Source: an uncultured Pseudomonadales bacterium (GTDB taxonomy: Bacteria > Patescibacteriota > Microgenomatia > UBA1400 > PJMF01). From it: a stretch of DNA of 64,000 bases. Of the stretch, positions 37,183 through 46,175 are shown piece after piece. Every line of letters starts with the position of its first letter. Position 1 is the stretch's first letter. The notes below the pieces were generated by a model. That model did no database searches and was not told where the DNA came from. It saw only the letters and a program-made list of their open reading frames with translations. The translations under genes and the position numbers were made by a program. Where the stretch lies: contig CAZEEV010000002.1 in NCBI GenBank assembly GCA_964511345.1, forward strand, positions 136,863 to 200,862, written 5' to 3'.

Positions 37183-38079
37183 ATGTCAGAGAAATTGGTG
37201 CGTAAAGCAATTATCACTGACGCTGGTTTTGCCAGTCGTTATTTGCCAATTACCAAAACCATACCAAAAGCCATGCTACCAATGGGTAATCGTCCAATTA
37301 TGCAGTTTGTGATTGAAGAATGTGTCGAAGCTGGCATAGAGGAGATTATTATTGTGGCAACCCCAGAAGGTAAGCCGATTTATGAAGATTATTTCAATAA
37401 TAATGTTAATGGTATTCGCAAACAATTAGCTGCTCAAGGTAAAGAAGATCGTTATGAATCTGTACAGCAAGTACTTAATTATCCAAAAATTACAGTAATC
37501 ACTCAGGATCCTAGTTTGCCATATGGTAATGGTTCACCAATCGCTTCTGCTAAAAATTTTGTTGAGAATGAAAAAGCCTTTTTGGCCATCTACAGTGATG
37601 ACGTTGTATTTGGTAATCCTGGCGATGCTAGGGTAATGATTGATACCTATGAAGCTAATCCAGGAGTTGATGGGGTTATTATGTCTCAAGAAGTAGACCC
37701 AAGTGTAGTTAACAAATACGGTATTATTTCTTTTAGATTTGGGAGTAATGAACTTTTGGATAATATTATTGAAAAACCAGAGATTGGTACGGCACCATCT
37801 CATTTAGCCTCTTATGGTCGTTATTTATTAACCCCGGCTATTTTTGAATATCTAGTGCCTGGTAATTCTGGCAAAGATGGTGAACTTTGGACAATCGATG
37901 CTATTACTCAGGTTGCTAAAACAGGCAAAGTTTTGGTAGAAAAAACCAAAGGAGAATGGATGACCACTGGTGATCCAGAAAACTATTTCAAAGCTCATCT
38001 TAAATTTGTGATTGAAAACGAGAAATATGGGCACAAAGTTAAAGACTGGGTAGAGGAAATCTCTGGAAAAGCGGTCTAA
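37183..38079 (+). CDS. galU: UTP--glucose-1-phosphate uridylyltransferase-like nucleotidyltransferase
   Basis: AIITDAGFASRYLPITKTIPKAMLPMGNRPIMQFVIEE matches the GalU N-terminal sugar-nucleotidyltransferase signature. Confidence 0.75.
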   Translation: MSEKLVRKAIITDAGFASRYLPITKTIPKAMLPMGNRPIMQFVIEECVEAGIEEIIIVATPEGKPIYEDYFNNNVNGIRKQLAAQGKEDRYESVQQVLNYPKITVITQDPSLPYGNGSPIASAKNFVENEKAFLAIYSDDVVFGNPGDARVMIDTYEANPGVDGVIMSQEVDPSVVNKYGIISFRFGSNELLDNIIEKPEIGTAPSHLASYGRYLLTPAIFEYLVPGNSGKDGELWTIDAITQVAKTGKVLVEKTKGEWMTTGDPENYFKAHLKFVIENEKYGHKVKDWVEEISGKAV

Positions 38080-38392
38080 ACCACTGTCTAAATAGTTGAA
38101 ATAAAAAGATTCTCTATTATAGCAATTTTTTAAAGTTAACTACAGGTTTATTTTTTTAACTCAAGTTTTTAGAATGATTTTTAATCGCTCTTTAACTCTA
38201 CTTTCTTTTGCAGGAAGGCTAAGCAATGTTTTCCTCAACAGCTCTTATACGGGCTTATAGGAGTATTTTGCTTCCGTGGAAGTAAAATCTTCTTGCCCAC
38301 CTCGTTTTTTCGGGGAAGAGGCTTGCTTTTCTGCAAAGGGGAGTGGAGTTTTCAATTCGCTAAAGCATTTTTCGTACCTGCTACTTTTTGTT

Positions 38393-38421
38393 TTGCAAAA
38401 AGATAGGGTCCGAAATATAAT
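38393..38421 (+). promoter_or_regulatory. Consensus-like sigma70 promoter for the tRNA-Thr/Tyr/Thr cluster.
   Basis: TTGCAA-N17-TATAAT, with the -10 hexamer ending 15 nt upstream of the tRNA-Thr 5' end. Confidence 0.65.
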
Positions 38422-38436
38422 ACTCAGAGTCCTTTC

Positions 38437-38509
38437 GCCTTTGTAGCTCAGTCGGTAGAGCGCAGTCTTGGTAAGACTGAGGTCTCGGGTTCGATCCCCG
38501 ACGAAGGCT
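38437..38509 (+). tRNA. tRNA-Thr (anticodon GGT)
   Basis: Hand-folded: acceptor GCCTTTG/CGAAGGC, GCTC-AGTCGGTA-GAGC D-arm, anticodon loop TTGGTAA, T-arm TCGGG TTCGATC CCCGA. Confidence 0.85.
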
Positions 38510-38544
38510 CAGTGTTTGGCAAGCAAAGCGCGCCAACAAAAAAC

Positions 38545-38626
38545 GCCAAGGTACTCAAGTGGTCAACGAGGGTAGTCTGTAAAACTACTGGCCCAGCCTA
38601 CGAAGGTTCGAACCCTTCCCTTGGCA
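38545..38626 (+). tRNA. tRNA-Tyr (anticodon GTA) with a long variable arm.
   Basis: Acceptor GCCAAGG/CCTTGGC, anticodon stem GTAGT/ACTAC with loop CTGTAAA, long variable arm, T-arm GAAGG TTCGAAC CCTTC. Confidence 0.85.
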
Positions 38627-38655
38627 CAGTTAAAAGGGGCAATGTGGGGAAAAAC

Positions 38656-38729
38656 GCCCCCCTAGCTCAATTGGTTAGAGCACCTGTTTTGTAAACAGGA
38701 GGTTCCGGGTTCGATCCCCGGGGGTGGCT
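38656..38729 (+). tRNA. tRNA-Thr (anticodon TGT)
   Basis: GCTC-AATTGGTTA-GAGC D-arm, anticodon stem CCTGT/ACAGG with loop TTTGTAA, T-arm CCGGG TTCGATC CCCGG. Confidence 0.8.
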
Positions 38730-38781
38730 CAAAGAGGCTGACTCTTAAAATAATCATAAAGTATGTTAGAATATCAAATCT

Positions 38782-38985
38782 ATGGCAAGTAAGAAAAAAG
38801 GTCCAAGACAATCAATCGGTTTACAATGTAGTGTTTGTAACGCTTTTGGTTACGTCAGTGAATACAACAAAAACAACGAAACCCTCAAGAAACAAACTTC
38901 AGGTGAAGGCAGTTTTCCTTTGAGCAAATATTGCAAAGTTTGTAAGAAACACACTCCTCACAAATTGATGAAGAAATTGAAGTAA
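38782..38985 (+). CDS. rpmG: 50S ribosomal protein L33
   Basis: 67 aa with a CxxC...CxxC zinc ribbon (CSVC...CKVC) and a KHTPHK tail typical of L33. Confidence 0.8.
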   Translation: MASKKKGPRQSIGLQCSVCNAFGYVSEYNKNNETLKKQTSGEGSFPLSKYCKVCKKHTPHKLMKKLK

Positions 38986-39009
38986 CCTCTTCTTTTTTTT
39001 AGTTTAGTT

Positions 39010-40482
39010 TTAATTGTTTTCTTTAACTGCTCTAATAATGTTTCTCGCTCCGCGATAAAAAATTGGATCGAGATTTTTGGCGTTATACATAGCTTGAGCA
39101 AGCCAAGATTTTTGAGCTATTTCCTTAAGACCAGGTACTGGACGTTTCATGTCAGCTAGTTTATTAGTTTTGAAGGTGGCCTCATTATTACTAGTAATTT
39201 CCACTAGTTGCTCGACAATATTTTCTACTTGAGCGACTTGTGCAGTGCCATTTTTTTCAAAAACTCCACGGACATTGTGTTCCCATTCACCCCATTCTTT
39301 GAGAGTAAGTAGAGCAGAGCCAGAAACGACGGCGTCATAAGCTTTGTCTCCAGAGGGTTTACTAATAAAAAGATCGGCAAAAGGGAAAGCTTTTTGAATA
39401 ATTATTTCATTAGCATCGACGATTTGCGGGTGATAAATAATGCTGAAACGATTATCAATTAGTTCCATGTCATCTTTTAACTTGGCGTTAATTCTGAAGT
39501 GAGCCGGATCTTTGGGACTAATGATTTGATAAGCTAGTTTGTTTGCTTGAGCAATTTCAATCGCCATATCTAGATGATCGTGATGAGTGCCAGCGTAAAG
39601 TACTAATTGAGTGGGGACTAGGTCAGTTTTTTGACCCAATGCTTGTTGCTTCAAGACTGGCAAAAGTTGTTCCAAAATGCGTTTAATCTCTGGTTTATTA
39701 GTCCCTAAGCCACCAGTAGTGAGACAAATTTTCAAAGGTCGATCTTTGGTCCAAATTTTTTTATTTTGATTACAAGCAACAATTCTTGGATCAATGGGTG
39801 GCCCAGTGACAATGACTTTGTCTTTTATTTGGTTTTGTGGAATGTGTTTACCGATTTTTTTAGCTAGAGTAAAAAAATCTTTTTTAGTTTGTTCATCAAA
39901 GACTAAAAAACGCATGTTGGGTAAATGCGCGTTCTCTAAATAATCGCTACGTACGTGTGGATCTGTGATCATTTGCATAACTTTTTTACCCTCAGCCGCG
40001 AGAATATTGCCGGTGACGATGTGCATGGAAAGAATAGTTTTATTAATGTTGGCGCCAAGATAAAGAGTGGGTGGAGTCACATTATCCAAAATAGGCATTT
40101 TGGAACGACCAAATTTATCTACTACATCTTTGAGTGTTTTCAAGATAGGCCAGCGTGCAATAATTTTTCCAATTTCGTGAGTTAATGCCACACTTCTAAA
40201 GGCCTGATTACTGACGTAATTAGTGCTATCTACTAGCCAAGCTTTTTTGGGATCAATTTTCTCACCCCAAGCTTGGACAGCGACGCCCATGGCCATCGAG
40301 TAGTGAGCACGCGAGAGCACAATGTCTGTACTTTTGTCTTCTTCTTTTTGACGATGCAAACCTTTCAAGTCTTCTCTAAAAGCTGCCGACACGGTCATGA
40401 TAGGCACTTGAGTTTTTTCCAGAAGTTTTTTATCTGCTTGGTAAATTTTTTTCAGTGTTTTGCCAATGTCGTAATTTTGCAT
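39010..40482 (-). CDS. GT-B fold glycosyltransferase (MGDG-synthase/MurG-like family)
   Basis: Has a central G-rich loop ICLTTGGLG, the C-terminal FISKPSGDKAYDAVVSGSALL segment, and a length of 490 aa. Confidence 0.5.
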   Translation of the reverse strand: MQNYDIGKTLKKIYQADKKLLEKTQVPIMTVSAAFREDLKGLHRQKEEDKSTDIVLSRAHYSMAMGVAVQAWGEKIDPKKAWLVDSTNYVSNQAFRSVALTHEIGKIIARWPILKTLKDVVDKFGRSKMPILDNVTPPTLYLGANINKTILSMHIVTGNILAAEGKKVMQMITDPHVRSDYLENAHLPNMRFLVFDEQTKKDFFTLAKKIGKHIPQNQIKDKVIVTGPPIDPRIVACNQNKKIWTKDRPLKICLTTGGLGTNKPEIKRILEQLLPVLKQQALGQKTDLVPTQLVLYAGTHHDHLDMAIEIAQANKLAYQIISPKDPAHFRINAKLKDDMELIDNRFSIIYHPQIVDANEIIIQKAFPFADLFISKPSGDKAYDAVVSGSALLTLKEWGEWEHNVRGVFEKNGTAQVAQVENIVEQLVEITSNNEATFKTNKLADMKRPVPGLKEIAQKSWLAQAMYNAKNLDPIFYRGARNIIRAVKENN

Positions 40483-40587
40483 GACTTTCAGTGTAGCAGG
40501 TTTTGTAATTAGAGTGGAGAAGATGAAATTTTTTTGACCTAATTAGATCCAATTGACCGAATAAAACACGAAAGATATGATATTTTT

Positions 40588-41241
40588 ATGGCACACTCTA
40601 TGGAAATAAAAGAGAAAGCAGTCGAACTAAGGAGAGCTGGCTACTCTATCAAAGAAATTGCTAGAATCTTAAGTGTCGCAGTGAGTACTTCTTCAGTTTG
40701 GCTTAGGGCGGTTACCATTAGTCGAGAAGGGAAGTGTCGTATGCAAGAGCAATCTTCTACATACAGATATAGAATGTCTTTGCGTTGGAATCAAAAAAGG
40801 CTAGAAAAATCATTGCTTCATCAAAAGAAAGTGCAAAACATACTTAAAAAAATTAGTTTTACTAACCAAATTAATAAATTAATTTGTGCAGTTTTATTTT
40901 GGGCAGAAGGTTCGAAAAAAACTAATCATGTGGTATTTACTAATTCTGACCCAAAGATGATCTCTTATTTTCTTAGCTTATTGCGTCAAAGTTATGATTT
41001 AGATGAAAATAAATTTCGTGTTAGCGTACATTTACATGAATATCATGATTTATTAGACACTCTTAATTTTTGGTCAAAAGTGACGGGTGTAGCTAAAACA
41101 CAATTTATAAAACCATATATAAAGCCTCATACTGGTCTGAGAAAAAAACCAGATTATAAAGGTTGCACAACCATTCGCTATTACGATTCTGAAATTGCCA
41201 GAGAACTGACTGCACTATATAATAACATCTCTAGTAGATAG
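40588..41241 (+). CDS. HTH-domain protein with a degenerate LAGLIDADG-like (homing-endonuclease-like) segment. Its stop codon overlaps the first base of tRNA-Trp.
   Basis: N-terminal EIKEKAVELRRAGYSIKEIARILSVAVSTSSVW (resolvase-type HTH). AVLFWAEGSK resembles LAGLIDADGS. Confidence 0.5.
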   Translation: MAHSMEIKEKAVELRRAGYSIKEIARILSVAVSTSSVWLRAVTISREGKCRMQEQSSTYRYRMSLRWNQKRLEKSLLHQKKVQNILKKISFTNQINKLICAVLFWAEGSKKTNHVVFTNSDPKMISYFLSLLRQSYDLDENKFRVSVHLHEYHDLLDTLNFWSKVTGVAKTQFIKPYIKPHTGLRKKPDYKGCTTIRYYDSEIARELTALYNNISSR

Positions 41242-41310
41242 GGTCGTCGTTCAACGGTAGGACTTTCGTCTCCAAAACGAAAAATGAGGGTTCGATTCCT
41301 TCCGACCCTG
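41240..41310 (+). tRNA. tRNA-Trp (anticodon CCA)
   Basis: Acceptor AGGGTCG/CGACCCT, GTTC-AACGGTA-GGAC D-arm, anticodon stem TTCGT/ACGAA with loop CTCCAAA, T-loop TTCGATT. Close to E. coli tRNA-Trp. Confidence 0.8.
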
Positions 41311-41329
41311 CAAATGTTAAAATGATTCT

Positions 41330-41716
41330 ATGAGAATCATTCCCAAAAAAGCAGCAATTCATGTCGACAAGGAAGAGGGCACTTCCGTTGATTACTTTTT
41401 GTTTCCTGAATATGAAATTCACCATAACGAAATTAAACCAGGAGTAATTCAGCTTTGGCATCATCATCCTAAAATATGGGAGACAATCTTTATGATTGAG
41501 GGTGAGTTGGAGGCTCATTGGCAAGATGAATTATGCAATAAGCAAAGCATAATTGTTAAAAAAGGCGATGTTGTAGAGGTTGAGAATTCTCCACATACTT
41601 TCATTAACTCCGGCAAAGAAGTTGCCAAGTTTTTAGTATACCGCTTTGTTCCAACAGGTGAAGATAAAAGAGAGGTTATTAAACAAGACAAGATATTAGA
41701 TGGACATTTACAATAA
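41330..41716 (+). CDS. Cupin-domain protein
   Basis: G(x)5HxH-like segment LWHHHPKIWETIFMIEGELEAH and a second cupin motif further downstream. Confidence 0.6.
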   Translation: MRIIPKKAAIHVDKEEGTSVDYFLFPEYEIHHNEIKPGVIQLWHHHPKIWETIFMIEGELEAHWQDELCNKQSIIVKKGDVVEVENSPHTFINSGKEVAKFLVYRFVPTGEDKREVIKQDKILDGHLQ

Positions 41717-41776
41717 ATATGATTCCCAATCAGAGCAGCGTTCTACATTTAGCCAGATGGTGTAAAATACTTCTTT

Positions 41777-42103
41777 ATGTTTTCTCCAGAAAAGAAAAAT
41801 CAGTTTGTCATAGAATCTCCATGCGCTAAAATTGCGGAGATTATTGTTACAGATATCGTAAATAGTTTGGAAAACAACTTTCACCAAGTTCAAACGATTT
41901 TAGATTTTTTCAGAGGTCCAAAAGGAGATGTGGCGACTCAATATTTCATGAATAAATATTTTGGTTTGATAGGCAAGGATCTTCGTGATGCTAGGATAGC
42001 ATCTGCAATGAATGAATCTGACCTTGACGTTGTTGAATTAAAAACTACTATCATTGCCAAATTAAAAATAAAGTTGAATAATAAAACTACGAAAGGTTAC
42101 TAG
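41777..42103 (+). CDS. Hypothetical protein
   Basis: 108-aa ORF; the next ORF starts 5 bp after its stop. Confidence 0.35.
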   Translation: MFSPEKKNQFVIESPCAKIAEIIVTDIVNSLENNFHQVQTILDFFRGPKGDVATQYFMNKYFGLIGKDLRDARIASAMNESDLDVVELKTTIIAKLKIKLNNKTTKGY

Positions 42104-42107
42104 CTTT

Positions 42108-42317
42108 ATGCCAGAATTTAAAAGTCTTTCAGAAAATCAACATCAACAAGAACTACCAAAAGGATATAGGATTGATGAACGCGACACTAGCAATATTGTT
42201 CTTTATGGTCCTAGCGGTCAAAAAATTGGCATCTATCATTCTTATAGTGAGCAAATAATCCAAGACGCCATTGGTCATGCTCAAAGATCTCAGGAACCGG
42301 CATTCAACAACGAATAA
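42108..42317 (+). CDS. Hypothetical small protein
   Basis: 69-aa ORF. Confidence 0.3.
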   Translation: MPEFKSLSENQHQQELPKGYRIDERDTSNIVLYGPSGQKIGIYHSYSEQIIQDAIGHAQRSQEPAFNNE

Positions 42318-42323
42318 AAAGTG

Positions 42324-42725
42324 TTATTTCTTTAAATCACTCCCGCAAAATTTACACTTTTTAGCTTTGAAAGGTATTTTACTCAAACATTCTGGACAAA
42401 CTTTATCAGTGGGCTCAGTTTTTTTAGCTTTTTTAACCTCCATTAGTCGATTCATTGGTAAAACGATGAAGAAATAAATGGTGGCAGAAATCGTCAAAAA
42501 GGAAACTACGGCATTAATGAAATCACCGACCATAAATTTACTATTATTGATAGTAAAGTAAATATTGGAGAAATCTGGCGCACCGCCAAAAGCACCGATG
42601 AATGGGGTAATAATATCCTTAACCAAAGCACTAACTACATTGCCAAAGGCCACACCCACTACCACACCGACTGCCATATCAATTACATTGCCCTTGAGAA
42701 TAAATTTTTTAAAACCTTCTAGCAT
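42324..42725 (-). CDS. mscL: Large-conductance mechanosensitive channel MscL with a C-terminal CxxC..CxxC tail.
   Basis: KGNVIDMAVGVVVGVAFG TM1 signature. C-terminal CPECLSKIPFKAKKCKFCGSDL. Confidence 0.8.
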   Translation of the reverse strand: MLEGFKKFILKGNVIDMAVGVVVGVAFGNVVSALVKDIITPFIGAFGGAPDFSNIYFTINNSKFMVGDFINAVVSFLTISATIYFFIVLPMNRLMEVKKAKKTEPTDKVCPECLSKIPFKAKKCKFCGSDLKK

Positions 42726-42735
42726 ATTTTTTCCT

Positions 42736-43464
42736 TTACTCTAAAAATTTCAGTAAATAAATTGCTATGATGCCAATGGCTACAAAAAGCAGCGATCTCA
42801 GTAATTTCCCCAAGCTTTTTTCCGCTCTAATTTCTGGTAGTAAATCGGCGGCGGCGATGTATAAAAAGCCACCGGCGGCGATAGCTAGTAAATAATGAAT
42901 CGTCAGTTCACTAAAATCAAATAGCCATTGCCCAATTAAAACGCCTAAAACTGCAAATAAGGACACAAAAAAATTAAAAGAAACTGCTTGTTTTTTACTC
43001 AAACCAGCATGCAACAAAACCCCAAAATCACCCAGTTCTTGAGGTAATTCATGTAAAACGATGGCTAAACTTGCGCCCAAACCAACCTCCCAACTTACTG
43101 CAAAGCTAGCAGCAATGATTAAACCGTCAATAAAATTATGCAAAGAATCGCCTAGTAAATTCATATAAGCAATACTGTGTACTTTGCAGTGATCTTTATG
43201 ACAATGATGCCAACCTAGCAATTTTTCGATTAAGAAAAAACCCAAAAAAGCCATAAAAGTGACTTGCAAACTCAAATCAGCCCCTAAAACCTCAATACTT
43301 TCTGGTAGCAGATGAAAAAAAGCGTCTGCCATTAGTGTGCCAGCGGCTAAAGCTAATAATAGATGGATGATTTTGTGCAATTGTTTTTTAAGTAGCAGCA
43401 AAGAAGCTGCGCTAAGTAGCGAAAGCAAACTAATAATAATGGTAGCTAATAGCGCAAAGTTCAT
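42736..43464 (-). CDS. ZIP-family metal (zinc) transporter
   Basis: Polytopic membrane protein with a His-rich loop HHCHKDH and the LHELPQELGDF ZIP signature. Confidence 0.75.
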   Translation of the reverse strand: MNFALLATIIISLLSLLSAASLLLLKKQLHKIIHLLLALAAGTLMADAFFHLLPESIEVLGADLSLQVTFMAFLGFFLIEKLLGWHHCHKDHCKVHSIAYMNLLGDSLHNFIDGLIIAASFAVSWEVGLGASLAIVLHELPQELGDFGVLLHAGLSKKQAVSFNFFVSLFAVLGVLIGQWLFDFSELTIHYLLAIAAGGFLYIAAADLLPEIRAEKSLGKLLRSLLFVAIGIIAIYLLKFLE

Positions 43465-43493
43465 AATTTTTTAATTTCTGTCAATCTAAATAA

Positions 43494-44111
43494 CTAAATA
43501 AAAATTTTCAAAAAAATGTCAATCACTGGACTGAGTAAAGCACTAACCGCAGATCGTCCACCCACCCAAGGAAAAACTAACATGATTAAGATGATAGTGC
43601 CGTAGCGACTCATGACATCTTCATACTCTAAACTAGCTTGATGAGGTAATAAGGCGCGCATAATTTTACCGCCATCTAATGGATAGACTGGTAATAGATT
43701 GAAGAGTGCTAAAGCGACATTGATAAAAATCAACTGCATACCGAAAAGAGCAAGAAAATCGCCACCAAAACCTAATTTAATTAGAATTGAAAAAACTGTT
43801 GCAATCAGCAGATTGCTAGCTGGACCAGCGGCAGCAATCAAGGCGGCATCGCGTATTGGTTCTTTGAGATTGTATGGATCGTAGGGAGCAGCTTTGCCCC
43901 AACCGAAACCGGTCAGAATAATTGCCAAAGTACCAATCGGATCTAAATGGGCGAGAGGATTGAGAGTCAAACGACCCTTAATACGTGGAGTCGGATCACC
44001 CAAGCGATCAGTGACAAAACAATGAGCGAATTCATGTAGACCGATAGAAATCACTAAGCCAGCCATAAAAATTAAGAAAGCGATAGGGTTTTGAACGAGT
44101 AGGTCTAGCAT
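43494..44111 (-). CDS. M50-family (site-2 protease-like) membrane zinc metalloprotease
   Basis: HEFAH HExxH motif inside a TM helix, with a downstream LDGG motif. Confidence 0.7.
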   Translation of the reverse strand: MLDLLVQNPIAFLIFMAGLVISIGLHEFAHCFVTDRLGDPTPRIKGRLTLNPLAHLDPIGTLAIILTGFGWGKAAPYDPYNLKEPIRDAALIAAAGPASNLLIATVFSILIKLGFGGDFLALFGMQLIFINVALALFNLLPVYPLDGGKIMRALLPHQASLEYEDVMSRYGTIILIMLVFPWVGGRSAVSALLSPVIDIFLKIFI

Positions 44112-44127
44112 AAGTTTATTGATTCTA

Positions 44128-46134
44128 TTATAAATCCTTCATTTTTTCTTTAAGAGCTCGCCATTTGTCACCTAAAAAGTTGCGCACATACCAAGTGGCT
44201 TGTTGTGGATGTGTAAGACAGTATTTTAGATCACTTTTGCAATTGGGAGCAAAGTAAATATTGAGAGTTTCAGACCAGTCGTCTTTAGTGATAGTGACTT
44301 GGGTTTTCAGTGGCGCGTGATGATTAAAATCTAAAAACAACATCCCGTTTTGGCCATGCTGAGCTTTCACCTCGACGCTGTCGATTTTATCTTGCACGCT
44401 AATTTTGGGTTCAGTTTTCAAAGTTACTGGATAGCCATACTGATCTCTGGGAAATAACACTAAACGCACTGGATTACGTCCGGCCATGGCAAAACGATTG
44501 TTTTTATATAAGTAAGTAGCCTTAGCGTCGAGTGGATGTTCACTTAATTCAGGAAAAAGTAATGGGTAATGCTTTTGACGCATATCTGCTAACAAATTTT
44601 CTTGAGTTTTAACTTTAATTTCAAAAACATCTAAATCACTTTCACTGGCAATTTTTTCCAATTGCCAAGCTTGTTCTTTTTTCATTTTTTCAAGTAGGGC
44701 GTTTTCAGTTTGATCAATCAGCTGTTTAGTTAGGGCAATCTTTTGCTTATTAAAAATGGCTAAAACTTGATCTTTGCTTGTTGCTTTAAACTCTTTATCA
44801 CTAATTTCAATTTTCAAAGTTTTTTGATCAACTTTTTCGCTGAGTAAGAACCGTCCGGGTTTCAAGTCGGCTCTTTTTAATTCGTTTAAGTCATCATTAG
44901 CCAATAAATCGAATTGTAAGCTTTGATCGGCAGCTGGATAACGCGAGCCATCAATAATAAAAGGTACTATCCACCAGCCGAGTTTCTTAGCAGCTTGATT
45001 TAAGTATGGATCAGTAAAGCTGTTATCATAAACTCGTAAATCACTGATAAATAATTCTTTATCACTGAGACGCAGGCGTAGGCGATAGCGTGGAGTAGTA
45101 ACCCACCAGGCTTTTTCATTGGATTTTTGCTGATTTTGACCTTCGTAAACGGACAACTCTTGATTAGAGCTATTCTTTTTTTGGAAAAATTTCGCATAAT
45201 CTTTAGCTAATAAAATTTGGTGGTCTTGATGCTCTTGTTGATATTTTTTAACAAAATTCAATTGTTTTATAAATTCAATCTGTACTTCACTTGGCATAGA
45301 ATTCTCCAAGCCAATCAGAGCAAAAGTATCTTGATTAGGGTTTTGTGCATGGGCTTGCAAAAATAAATGTTCAAAGTAGCTAAAATCCGCTTTGCGTAGG
45401 GCATAATCATTTGGTTGAGAAGTAAATGAACTGCTATCATCGCCGTAATTATTAACAGGATCAGTAATCGTTTGGCGAATAATAATTGGCATTTGTTCGT
45501 TATTGCTCTGTTGACTAGGGATCAGAGCCCAATTTTGACTTGGATAATATGGATAATGAGCCGGTCCACCATAAAGAGTGTAGGAATCAACGCCCATTTG
45601 TTCTCTAGTGATTTGGTGAATTAGTACACCATATTGGTTTTTTAAAAGTTGCAGAGAAAAAGGATCAATCATCCAAGCAGTGGTGCTTTTTGGATAATCG
45701 CCGAAAGCTTTTTTGAAACTTTCCATGTAAGTTTCAATGATTTTTTTCCGATCGCTTAATGAATAACCAATTAGATAAGCGAATTGGGCTTCATACCAGT
45801 TGTTTTCATTGCCACCATATGTAACATCAGCATCTTTGGCCAGTTGGGGAGTGATTTCTAAAAAAGCTCCCCATTCGATATTGGAATTTGCTTGGTAATT
45901 TTTAATTAAATTCAAAAACTCTGAATTTTGCAAAGTGTCGTAACGAAGCATGAAAGTCGTTGGGAGATTTAATTTTAAGGTATTATTTATTTGAGATTGT
46001 AAATTAGTTGTATTTCCAGGGCTGCAACATTCAGTGCCACGCACCTGATTGATGATAAGAGTAGTGTGATCTGCTGCGAAAACTGGTTGATTAAAAATTA
46101 CAACGCAAGTGAAAATGAATAGAAGGAATATCAT
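44128..46134 (-). CDS. Exported hypothetical protein
   Basis: 668 aa with an N-terminal signal peptide (MIFLLFIFTCVVIFNQPVFA). No motif recognised. Confidence 0.5.
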   Translation of the reverse strand: MIFLLFIFTCVVIFNQPVFAADHTTLIINQVRGTECCSPGNTTNLQSQINNTLKLNLPTTFMLRYDTLQNSEFLNLIKNYQANSNIEWGAFLEITPQLAKDADVTYGGNENNWYEAQFAYLIGYSLSDRKKIIETYMESFKKAFGDYPKSTTAWMIDPFSLQLLKNQYGVLIHQITREQMGVDSYTLYGGPAHYPYYPSQNWALIPSQQSNNEQMPIIIRQTITDPVNNYGDDSSSFTSQPNDYALRKADFSYFEHLFLQAHAQNPNQDTFALIGLENSMPSEVQIEFIKQLNFVKKYQQEHQDHQILLAKDYAKFFQKKNSSNQELSVYEGQNQQKSNEKAWWVTTPRYRLRLRLSDKELFISDLRVYDNSFTDPYLNQAAKKLGWWIVPFIIDGSRYPAADQSLQFDLLANDDLNELKRADLKPGRFLLSEKVDQKTLKIEISDKEFKATSKDQVLAIFNKQKIALTKQLIDQTENALLEKMKKEQAWQLEKIASESDLDVFEIKVKTQENLLADMRQKHYPLLFPELSEHPLDAKATYLYKNNRFAMAGRNPVRLVLFPRDQYGYPVTLKTEPKISVQDKIDSVEVKAQHGQNGMLFLDFNHHAPLKTQVTITKDDWSETLNIYFAPNCKSDLKYCLTHPQQATWYVRNFLGDKWRALKEKMKDL

Positions 46135-46175
46135 TTGAATATATTCATTTTATCATTTCTTTCTTTTGGTTTTGT

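Noticed and set aside
38512-38694. Track ORF 38512..38694 (+)
   Set aside because: It spans tRNA-Tyr and the start of tRNA-Thr(TGT), and is not a plausible protein.
41231-41524. Track ORF 41231..41524 (-)
   Set aside because: It is antisense to the cupin gene and to tRNA-Trp, with an implausible composition.
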